NCBI GenBank assembly: GCA_964016885.1
Contig: OZ024740.1
Location: forward strand, 26,164,001 to 26,228,000
Origin: Eledone cirrhosa
Lineage: Eukaryota
Direction: 5' to 3'
DNA: 64,000 bases
Shown: one piece after another, positions 50,201-61,143 of the stretch
Position numbering within the stretch: the first letter of the stretch is position 1
Layout: each line of letters begins with the position of its first letter
Translations under genes and position numbers: made by a program
The notes under the pieces: generated by a model
What the model was told of the DNA's origin: nothing
Database searches by the model: none
What the model saw: only the letters and a program-made list of their open reading frames with translations

Positions 50201-53200
50201 GGTTGTGGTGGTTGTTATGGTGATTGTTAAGATAAGATAAGTATGATGGTTGTTATGGTGATTGTAAAGATAAGGTAGGTAGTGGTGGTTGTTATGGTGA
50301 TTGTTAAGATAAGGTAGGTAGTGGTTGTTGTTATGGTGATTGTTAAGATGAGGTAGGTAGTGGTGGTTGTTATGGTGATTGTTAAGATGGGGTAGCTATT
50401 GGTGGTTGTTATGGTGATTGTTAAGATAAGGTAGGTAGTGGTGGTTGTTATGGTTGTTGTTAAGATGAGATAGGTAGTGGTGGTTGTTATGATGATTGTT
50501 TAGATGACGTAAGTAGTGGAGGTTATTATGGTGATTGTTAAGATGAGGTAGGTAGTGATGGTTTTTGTGGTGATTGATAAGATGAGGTAGGAAGTGGTGG
50601 TTGTTATGGTAACTGTGAAGATAAGGTAAGTACGGTGGTTGTTATGGATTGTTAAGATAAGGTAGGTAGTGGTGGTTGTTATGGTGATTGATAAGATGAG
50701 GTAGGTATTGGTGGTTGTTATGGTGATTGTTAAGATAAGGTAGGTAGTGGTGGTTGTTATGGTGATTGTTAAGATAATGTAGGTTGTGGTGGTTGTTATG
50801 GTGATTGTTAAGATAAGATAAGTATGATGGTTGTTATGGTGATTGTAAAGTTAAGGTAGGTAGTGGTGGTTGTTATGGTGATTGTTAAGATAAGGTAGGT
50901 AGTGGTTGTTGTTATGGTGATTGTTAAGATGAGGTAGGTAGTGGTGGTTGTTATGGTGATTGTTAAGATGGGGTAGCTATTAGTGGTTGTAATGGTGATT
51001 GTTAAGATAAGGTAGGTAGTGGTGGTTGTTATGGTTGTTGTTAAGATGAGATAGGTAGTGGTTGTTGTTATGATGATTGTTTAGATGACGTAAGTAGTGG
51101 AGGTTATTATGGTGATTGTTAAGATGAGGTAGATAGTGGTGGTTGTTATGGTGATTGTTAAGATGAGGTATGTAGTGGTGGTTGTTATGGTGATTGTGAA
51201 AATATGGTAGGTAGTGGTGGTTGTTAGGGTGATTGATAATATGAGGTAGGTTGTGGTGGTTGTTATAGTGATTTTTAAGATGAGGTAGGTAGTGGTGATT
51301 GTTATGGTGATTGTTAAGATAGGTAGGTAGTGGTGGTTGTTATGGTGATTGTTAAGATGAGGCAGGTAGTGTTGGTTGTTATGGTGATTGTTAAAATGAG
51401 GTAGGTAGTGTCGGTTGGTATGGTGATTGATAAGATGAGGTAGGTAGTGGTGGTTGTTATGATGATTGTTAAGATGAGGTAGTTAGTGGCGGTTGTTATG
51501 GTGATTGTTAAGATGAGGTAGCTAGTGGTGGTTGTTATGGTTATTGTAAATATGAGCTAGTTAGTGATGGTTGTTGTGGTGATTGATATGAAGAGGTAGG
51601 TAGTGGTGATTGTTATGATGATTGTTAACATGAGGTAGGTAGTAGTTTTCGTTATGGTGATTGTTAAGGTGAGGTAGGTAGTAGTTGTTGTTATGGTGAT
51701 TGTTACGATAAGGTAGGTAGTGGTGGTAGTTATGGTGATTGTTAAGATGAGGTAGGTAGTGGTAGTTGTTATGGTGACTGTGAAGATAATGTAGCTAGTG
51801 GTGGTTGTTATGGTGATTGATAAGATGAGGTAGGAATTGATGGTTGTTATGGTGACTGTGAAGATAAGGTAAGTACGGTGGTTGTTATGGATTGTTAAGA
51901 TAAGGTAGGTAGTGGTGTTTATGGTGATTGACAAGATGAGGTAGGTAGTGGTGATTGTTAAAATGAGGTAGGTAGTGGCGGTTGGTATGGTGATTGATAA
52001 GATGAGCTAGGTAGTGGTGGTGGTTATGGTGATTGTTAAGATGAGGTAGTTAGTGGTGGTTGTTATAGTGATTGTTAAGATGTGATAGGTAATGGTGGTT
52101 TTTATGGTGATTGATAAGATGAGGTAGGTAGTGGTGGTTGTTATAATGATTGTTAAGATGAGGTAGGTAGTGGTGATTGTTAAGATGAGGTAGTTAGTGG
52201 CGGTTGTTATGGTGATTGTTAAGATGAGGTAGCTAGTGGTGGTTGTTATGGTTATTGTAAATATGAGGTAGTTAGTGATGGTTGTTGTGGTGATTGTTAA
52301 GATAATGTAGGTAGTGGTGGTTGTTATGGTGATTGTTAAGATGAGGTAGGTAGTGGTGGTTGTTATGGTGATTGATAAGTAGAGGTAGGTAGTGGTAGTT
52401 GTTATGGTGATTGTTAAGATGGAGTAGGTATTGGTGGTTGTTATGGTGATTGTGAAGATAAGGTAGGTAGTGGTGGTTGTTATGGTGATTGTTAAAATGA
52501 GGTAGGTAGTGGCGGTTGGTATGGTGATTGATAAGATGAGCTAGGTAGTGGTGGTTGTTATGGTGATTGTTAAGATGAGGTAGCTAGTGGTGGTTGTTAT
52601 GGTTATTGTAAATATGAGCTAGTTAGTGATGGTTGTTGTGGTGATTGATATGATGAGGTAGGTAGTGGTGATTGTTATGATGATTGTTAACATGAGGTAG
52701 GTAGTAGTGGTCGTTATGGTGATTGTTAAGGTGAGGTAGGTAGTAGTTGTTGTTATGGTGATTGTTACGATAAGGTAGGTAGTGGTGGTAGTTATGGTGA
52801 TTGTTAAGATGAGGTAGGTAGTGGTAGTTGTTATGGTGACTGTGAAGATAATGTAGCTAGTGGTGGTTGTTATGGTGATTGATAAGATGAGGTAGGAATT
52901 GATGGTTGTTATGGTGACTGTGAAGATAAGGTAAGTACGGTGGTTGTTATGGATTGTTAAGATAAGGTAGGTAGTGGTGTTTATGGTGATTGACAAGATG
53001 AGGTAGGTAGTGGTGATTGTTAAAATGAGGTAGGTAGTGGCGGTTGGTATGGTGATTGATAAGATGAGCTAGGTAGTGGTGGTTGTTATGGTGATTGTTA
53101 AGATGAGGTAGTTAGTGGTGGTTGTTATAGTGATTGTTAAGATGTGATAGGTAATGGTGGTTTTTATGGTGATTGATAAGATGAGGTAGGTAGTGGTGGT

Positions 53201-56200
53201 TGTTATAATGATTGTTAAGATGAGGTAGGTAGTGGTGATTGTTAAGATGAGGTAGTTAGTGGCGGTTGTTATGGTGATTGTTAAGATGAGGTAGCTAGTG
53301 GTGGTTGTTATGGTTATTGTAAATATGAGGTAGTTAGTGATGGTTGTTGTGGTGATTGTTAAGATAATGTAGGTAGTGGTGGTTGTTATGGTGATTGTTA
53401 AGATGAGGTAGGTAGTGGTGGTTGTTATGGTGATTGATAAGTAGAGGTAGGTAGTGGTAGTTGTTATGGTGATTGTTAAGATGGAGTAGGTATTGGTGGT
53501 TGTTATGGTGATTGTGAAGATAAGGTAGGTAGTGGTGGTTGTTATGGTGATTGTTAAAATGAGGTAGGTAGTGGCGGTTGGTATGGTGATTGATAAGATG
53601 AGCTAGGTAGTGGTGGTTGTTATGGTGATTGTTAAGATGACGTAGTTAGTGGTGGTTGTTATAGTGATTGTTAAGGTGTGATAGGTAATGGTGGTTTTTA
53701 TGGTGATTGATAAGATGAGGTAGGTAGTGGTGGTTGTTATAATGATTGTTAAGATGAGGTAGGTAGTGGTGATTGTTAAGATGAGGTAGCTAGTGGTGGT
53801 TGTTATGGTTATTGTAAATATGAGGTAGTTAGTGATGGTTGTTGTGGTGATTGTTAAGATAATGTAGGTAGTGGTGGTTGTTATGGTGATTGTTAAGATG
53901 AGGTAGGTAGTGGTGGTTGATATGGTGATTGATAAGTAGAGGTAGGTAGTGGTAGTTGTTATGGTGATTGTTAAGATGGAGTAGGTATTGGTGGTTGTTA
54001 TGGTGATTGTTAAGATAAGGTAGGTAGTGGTGGTTGTTATGGTGATTGTTAAGATGAGGTTGATAGTGGTGGTTGTTATGGTGATTGTTAAGATGAGGTA
54101 GGTAGTGGTGGTTGTTATGGTGATTGTTAAGATGAGGTTTGTAGTGGTGGTTGTTATTGTGATTGTTAAGATGAGGTAGGTAGTGGTGGTTGTTATGGTG
54201 AATGTTAAGATCAGGTAGGTAGTGGGGCTTGTTATGGTGATTGTTAAGATGGGGTAGGTATTGGTGGTTGTTATGGTGATAGATAAGATAAGGTAGGTAG
54301 TGGTAGTTGTTATGGTGACTGTGAAGATGAGGTAGGTAGTGGGGGTCGGTATGTTGATTGTTAAGATAAGGTAGGTAGTGGTGGTTGTTAGTGCGATTAG
54401 TAAGATGAGGTAGGTAGTGGCGGTTGTTATGGTGATTGTTAAGATGTGGTAGGTATTGGTGGTTGTTATGGTGATTGTATATATCAGGTAGTTAGTGGTG
54501 GTTGTTATGGTGATTGTTAAGATGAGGTAGGTAGTGGTGGTTCTTATGTGGATTGTTAAGATGAGGTAGTTAGTGCTGGTTGTTATGGTGATTGATAAGA
54601 TGAGGTAGGTAGTGGTGGTTGTTATGGTTATTGTTAATATGAGGTAGGTAGTGATGGTTGTTATGGTGATTGTTTAGATGAGGTAGGTAGTGGTGGTTGT
54701 TATGGTGATTTTTAAGATGAGATAGGTAGTGGTGGTTGTTATGATGATTGTTTAGATGAGGTAAGTAGTGGAGGTAGTTATGGTGATTGTTAAGATGAGG
54801 TAGATAGTGGTGGTTGTTATGGTGATTGTTAAGATGAGGTAGGTAGTGGTGGTTGTTATGGTGATTGTTAAGATAAGGTATGTAGGGGTGGTTGTTATGG
54901 TGATTGTTAAGACGAGCTAGGTAGTGGTGGTTGTTATGGTGATTGTTAAGATGAGGTAGGTAGTGGTGGTTGTTTTGATGATTGTTAAGATGAGGTAGGT
55001 AATGGTGGTTCTTATGGTGATTGTTAACATGTGGTAGGTAGTGGTGGTTGTTATGGTGATTGATAAATTGAGGTAGGTAGTGGGGCTTGTTATGGTCATT
55101 GTTAAGATGAGGTAGGTAGTGGTGGTTTTTATGGTGATTGTTAAGATGAGGTAGGTAGTGATGGTTGTTATGGTGATTGATAAGATGAGGTAGGTAGTGG
55201 TGGTTGTTATCGTGATTGATAAGATGAGTTAGGTAGCGGTGGTTCTTATTGTGATTGTTAATATGAGGTAGTTAGTTCTGGTTGTAATGGTGATTGTTAA
55301 GATGAGGTAGTTAGTGGTGGTTGTAATGGTGATTGTTAAGATGAGGTAGGTAGTGGTGGTTGTTATGGTGATTTTTAAGATGAGGTAGGTAGTGGTGGTT
55401 GTTATGGTGATTGTTAAGATGAGGTAGGTAGTGGTGGTTGTTATGGTGATTGTTAAGATAAGGTAGGTATTGGTGGTTGTTATGTTGATTGTTAAGATGT
55501 GGTAAGTAGTGGTGGCTGTTATGGTGATTGTGAAAATAAGGTATGTAGTGGTAGTTGTTATGGTGATTGTTAAGATGAGGTAGGTAGTGGGTGTTGTTAT
55601 GGTGATTTTTCAGATGAGGTAAGTAGTGGTGGTTGTTATGGTGATTGTGAAAATAAGGTATGTAGTGTCGTTGTTATGGTGATTTTTAAGATGAGGTAGG
55701 TAGTGGTGGTTGTAATGGTGATTGTTAAGATGAGGTAGGTAGTGGTGGTTTTTATGGTGATTGTTAAGATGAGGTAGGTAGTGATGGTTGTTATGGTGAT
55801 TGATAAGATGAGGTAGGTAGTGGTGGTTGTTATGGTGATTGATAAGATGAGTTAGGTAGCGGTGGTTCTTATTGTGATTGTTAACATGAGGTAGTTAGTG
55901 CTGGTTGTAATGGTGATTGTTAAGATGAGGTAGTTAGTGGTGGTTGTATGGTGATTGTTAAGATGATGTAGGTAGTGGTGGTTGTTATGGTGATTGTTAA
56001 GATGAGGTAGGTAGTGGTTGTTGTTATGATGATTGTTAAGATGAGGTAGTTAGTGGTGGTTTTTTATGGTGATTGTTAAGATAAGGTAGAAAGTCGTGGT
56101 TGTTATGGTGATTGTGATGATATGATAGGTAGGGTTGGTTGTTATGGTGATTTTTTAAGATAAGGTAGCTAGTGGAGGTAGTTATGGTGATTGTTAAGAT

Positions 56201-56346
56201 GAGGTAGATAGTGGTGGTTGTTATGGTGATTGTTAAGATAAGTTAGGTAGTGGTGGTTGTTATGGTGATTGTTAAGCTGAGGTAGGTAGTGGTGGTTGTT
56301 ATGGTGATTGTTAAGATAAGAGAGGTAGTGGTGGTTGTTATGGTGA
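38244..56346 (+). repeat. Three tandem copies of a ~5.5-6.8 kb higher-order repeat (5790, 5479, 6825 bp)
   Basis: The insertion marker AAGATTAAGG occurs near 38651, 44441 and 49920. GTAGAAAGTCG occurs at 43782, 49261 and 56086. Near-identical ORFs start at 40315, 46027 and 51557, with an extra one at 52619 from an internal 1062-bp duplication. Confidence 0.88.
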
Positions 56347-59300
56347 ATGTTAAGATGAGGTAGGTAGCGTTTGTTCTTATGGTGATTGTTAAGATGAAGT
56401 AGGTAGTAGTTGTTGTTATGATGATTCTTAAGATGAGGTAGTTACTGGTGTTTTTTTATGGTGATTGTTAAGATGAGCTAGGTAGTGGTGGTTGTTTTGA
56501 TGATTGTTAAGATGAGGTAGGTAGTGGTGGTTGTTTTGATGATTGTTAAGATGAGGTAGGTAATGGTGGTTCTTATGGTGATTGTTAACATGTGGTAGGT
56601 AGTGGTGGTTGTTATGGTGATTGATAAATTGAGGTATGTAGTGGGGCTTGTTATGGTCATTGTTAAAATGAGGTAGGTAGTGGTGGTTTTTATGGTGATT
56701 GTTAAGATGAGGTAGGTAGTGATGGTTGTTATGGTGATTGATAAGATGAGGTAGGTAGTGGTGGCTCTTATTGTGATTGTTAAGATGAGGTAGTTAGTGC
56801 TGGTTGTAATGGTGATTGTTAAGATGAGGCAGTTAGTGGTGGTTGTTATGGTGATTGTTAAGATGAGGTGGTTTGTGGTGGTTGTTATGGTGATTGTTAA
56901 GATGAGGTAGGTAGTGGTGGTTGTTATGGTGATTTTTAAGATGAGGTAGGTAGTGGTGGTTCTTATGGTGATTGTTAAGATGAAGTAGGTAGTGGTGGTT
57001 GTTATGGAGATTGTTAAGATGAGGTAGGTAGTGGTGGTTGTTATGGTGATTGATAAGATGAGGTAGGTAGTGGTGGTTGTTATGATGATTGATAAGATGA
57101 GGTAGGTAGTTGTGGTTGTTATGGTGATTGTTAAGCTGAGGTAGGTAGTGGTGGTTGTTATGGTGATTGTTAAGATGAGCTAGGTAGTGGTGGTTGTTAT
57201 GGTGATTGATAAAATGAGGTAGGTAGTGGTGGTTGTTATGATGATTGATAAGATGAGGTATGTAGTTGTGGTTGTTATGGTGATTGTTAAGCTGAGGTAG
57301 GTAGTGGTGGTTGTTATGGTGATTGTTAAGATGAGCTAGGTAGTGGTGGTTGTTATGGTGATTGTTAAGATGAGATAGTTAGTGGTGGTTTTATGGTGAT
57401 TGTTAAGATGAGGTAGGTAGTGGTGGTTGTTATGGTGATTGTTAAGATGAGGTAGGTAGTGGTGGTTGTTTTGATGATTGTTAAGATGAGGTAGGTAATG
57501 GTGGTTCTTATGGTGATTGTTAACATGTGGTAGGTAGTGGTGGTTGTTATGGTGATTGATAAATTGAGGAAGGTAGTGGGGCTTGTTATGGTCATTGTTA
57601 AGATGAGGTAGGTAGTGGTGGTTTATATGGTGATTGTTAAGATGAGGTAGGTAGTGATGGTTGTTATGGTGAATGTTAAGATCAGGTAGGTAGTGGGGCT
57701 TGTTATGGTGATTGTTAAGATGGGGTAGGTATTGGTGGTTGTTATGGTGATAGATAAGATAAGGTAGGTAGTGGTAGTTGTTATGGTGACTGTGAAGATG
57801 AGGTAGGTAGTGGGGGTCGGTATGTTGATTGTTAAGATAAGGTAGGTAGTGGTGGTTGTTAGTGCGATTAGTAAGATGAGGTAGGTAGTGGCGGTTGTTA
57901 TGGTGATTGTTAAGATGTGGTAGGTATTGGTGGTTGTTATGGTGATTGTATATATCAGGTAGTTAGTGGTGGTTGTTATGGTGATTGTTAAGATGAGGTA
58001 GGTAGTGGTGGTTCTTATGTGGATTGTTAAGATGAGGTAGTTAGTGCTGGTTGTTATGGTGATTGATAAGATGAGGTAGGTAGTGGTGGTTGTTATGGTT
58101 ATTGTTAATATGAGGTAGGTAGTGATGGTTGTTATGGTGATTGTTTAGATGAGGTAGGTAGTGGTGGTTGTTATGGTGATTTTTAAGATGAGATAGGTAG
58201 TGGTGGTTGTTATGATGATTGTTTAGATGAGGTAAGTAGTGGAGGTAGTTATGGTGATTGTTAAGATGAGGTAGATAGTGGTGGTTGTTATGGTGATTGT
58301 TAAGATGAGGTAGGTAGTGGTGGTTGTTATGGTGATTGTTAAGATAAGGTATGTAGGGGTGGTTGTTATGGTGATTGTTAAGACGAGCTAGGTAGTGGTG
58401 GTTGTTATGGTGATTGTTAAGATGAGGTAGGTAGTGGTGGTTGTTTTGATGATTGTTAAGATGAGGTAGGTAATGGTGGTTCTTATGGTGATTGTTAACA
58501 TGTGGTAGGTAGTGGTGGTTGTTATGGTGATTGATAAATTGAGGTAGGTAGTGGGGCTTGTTATGGTCATTGTTAAGATGAGGTAGGTAGTGGTGGTTTT
58601 TATGGTGATTGTTAAGATGAGGTAGGTAGTGATGGTTGTTATGGTGATTGATAAGATGAGGTAGGTAGTGGTGGTTGTTATCGTGATTGATAAGATGAGT
58701 TAGGTAGCGGTGGTTCTTATTGTGATTGTTAATATGAGGTAGTTAGTTCTGGTTGTAATGGTGATTGTTAAGATGAGGTAGTTAGTGGTGGTTGTAATGG
58801 TGATTGTTAAGATGAGGTAGGTAGTGGTGGTTGTTATGGTGATTTTTAAGATGAGGTAGGTAGTGGTGGTTGTTATGGTGATTGTTAAGATGAGGTAGGT
58901 AGTGGTGGTTGTTATGGTGATTGTTAAGATAAGGTAGGTATTGGTGGTTGTTATGTTGATTGTTAAGATGTGGTAAGTAGTGGTGGCTGTTATGGTGATT
59001 GTGAAAATAAGGTATGTAGTGGTAGTTGTTATGGTGATTGTTAAGATGAGGTAGGTAGTGGGTGTTGTTATGGTGATTTTTCAGATGAGGTAAGTAGTGG
59101 TGGTTGTTATGGTGATTGTGAAAATAAGGTATGTAGTGTCGTTGTTATGGTGATTTTTAAGATGAGGTAGGTAGTGGTGGTTGTAATGGTGATTGTTAAG
59201 ATGAGGTAGGTAGTGGTGGTTTTTATGGTGATTGTTAAGATGAGGTAGGTAGTGATGGTTGTTATGGTGATTGATAAGATGAGGTAGGTAGTGGTGGTTG

Positions 59301-61143
59301 TTATGGTGATTGATAAGATGAGTTAGGTAGCGGTGGTTCTTATTGTGATTGTTAACATGAGGTAGTTAGTGCTGGTTGTAATGGTGATTGTTAAGATGAG
59401 GTAGTTAGTGGTGGTTTTATGGTGATTGTTAAGATGATGTAGGTAGTGGTGGTTGTTATGGTGATTGTTAAGATGAGGTAGGTAGTGGTTGTTGTTATGA
59501 TGATTGTTAAGATGAGGTAGTTAGTGGTGGTTTTTTATGGTGATTGTTAAGATAAGGTAGAAAGTCGTGGTTGTTATGGTGATTGTGATGATATGATAGG
59601 TAGGGTTGGTTGTTATGGTGATTTTTTAAGATAAGGTAGCTAGTGGAGGTAGTTATGGTGATTGTTAAGATGAGGTAGATAGTGGTGGTTGTTATGGTGA
59701 TTGTTAAGATAAGTTAGGTAGTGGTGGTTGTTATGGTGATTGTTAAGCTGAGGTAGGTAGTGGTGGTTGTTATGGTGATTGTTAAGATAAGAGAGGTAGT
59801 GGTGGTTGTTATGGTGAATGTTAAGATGAGGTAGGTAGCGTTTGTTCTTATGGTGATTGTTAAGATGAAGTAGGTAGTAGTTGTTGTTATGATGATTCTT
59901 AAGATGAGGTAGTTACTGGTGTTTTTTTATGGTGATTGTTAAGATGAGCTAGGTAGTGGTGGTTGTTTTGATGATTGTTAAGATGAGGTAGGTAGTGGTG
60001 GTTGTTTTGATGATTGTTAAGATGAGGTAGGTAATGGTGGTTCTTATGGTGATTGTTAACATGTGGTAGGTAGTGGTGGTTGTTATGGTGATTGATAAAT
60101 TGAGGTATGTAGTGGGGCTTGTTATGGTCATTGTTAAAATGAGGTAGGTAGTGGTGGTTTTTATGGTGATTGTTAAGATGAGGTAGGTAGTGATGGTTGT
60201 TATGGTGATTGATAAGATGAGGTAGGTAGTGGTGGCTCTTATTGTGATTGTTAAGATGAGGTAGTTAGTGCTGGTTGTAATGGTGATTGTTAAGATGAGG
60301 CAGTTAGTGGTGGTTGTTATGGTGATTGTTAAGATGAGGTGGTTTGTGGTGGTTGTTATGGTGATTGTTAAGATGAGGTAGGTAGTGGTGGTTGTTATGG
60401 TGATTTTTAAGATGAGGTAGGTAGTGGTGGTTCTTATGGTGATTGTTAAGATGAAGTAGGTAGTGGTGGTTGTTATGGAGATTGTTAAGATGAGGTAGGT
60501 AGTGGTGGTTGTTATGGTGATTGATAAGATGAGGTAGGTAGTGGTGGTTGTTATGATGATTGATAAGATGAGGTAGGTAGTTGTGGTTGTTATGGTGATT
60601 GTTAAGCTGAGGTAGGTAGTGGTGGTTGTTATGGTGATTGTTAAGATGAGCTAGGTAGTGGTGGTTGTTATGGTGATTGATAAAATGAGGTAGGTAGTGG
60701 TGGTTGTTATGATGATTGATAAGATGAGGTATGTAGTTGTGGTTGTTATGGTGATTGTTAAGCTGAGGTAGGTAGTGGTGGTTGTTATGGTGATTGTTAA
60801 GATGAGCTAGGTAGTGGTGGTTGTTATGGTGATTGTTAAGATGAGATAGTTAGTGGTGGTTTTATGGTGATTGTTAAGATGAGGTAGGTAGTGGTGGTTG
60901 TTATGGTGATTGTTAAGATGAGGTAGGTAGTGGTGGTTGTTTTGATGATTGTTAAGATGAGGTAGGTAATGGTGGTTCTTATGGTGATTGTTAACATGTG
61001 GTAGGTAGTGGTGGTTGTTATGGTGATTGATAAATTGAGGAAGGTAGTGGGGCTTGTTATGGTCATTGTTAAGATGAGGTAGGTAGTGGTGGTTTATATG
61101 GTGATTGTTAAGATGAGGTAGGTAGTGATGGTTGTTATGGTGA
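54187..61143 (+). repeat. Near-perfect tandem duplication, period 3471 bp
   Basis: ORF pairs 54917/58388, 56478/59949 and 57365/60836, and markers TCAGG 54211/57682, GTAGAAAGTCG 56086/59557 and GTTTATATGG 57621/61092, are all offset by 3471. Confidence 0.92.
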
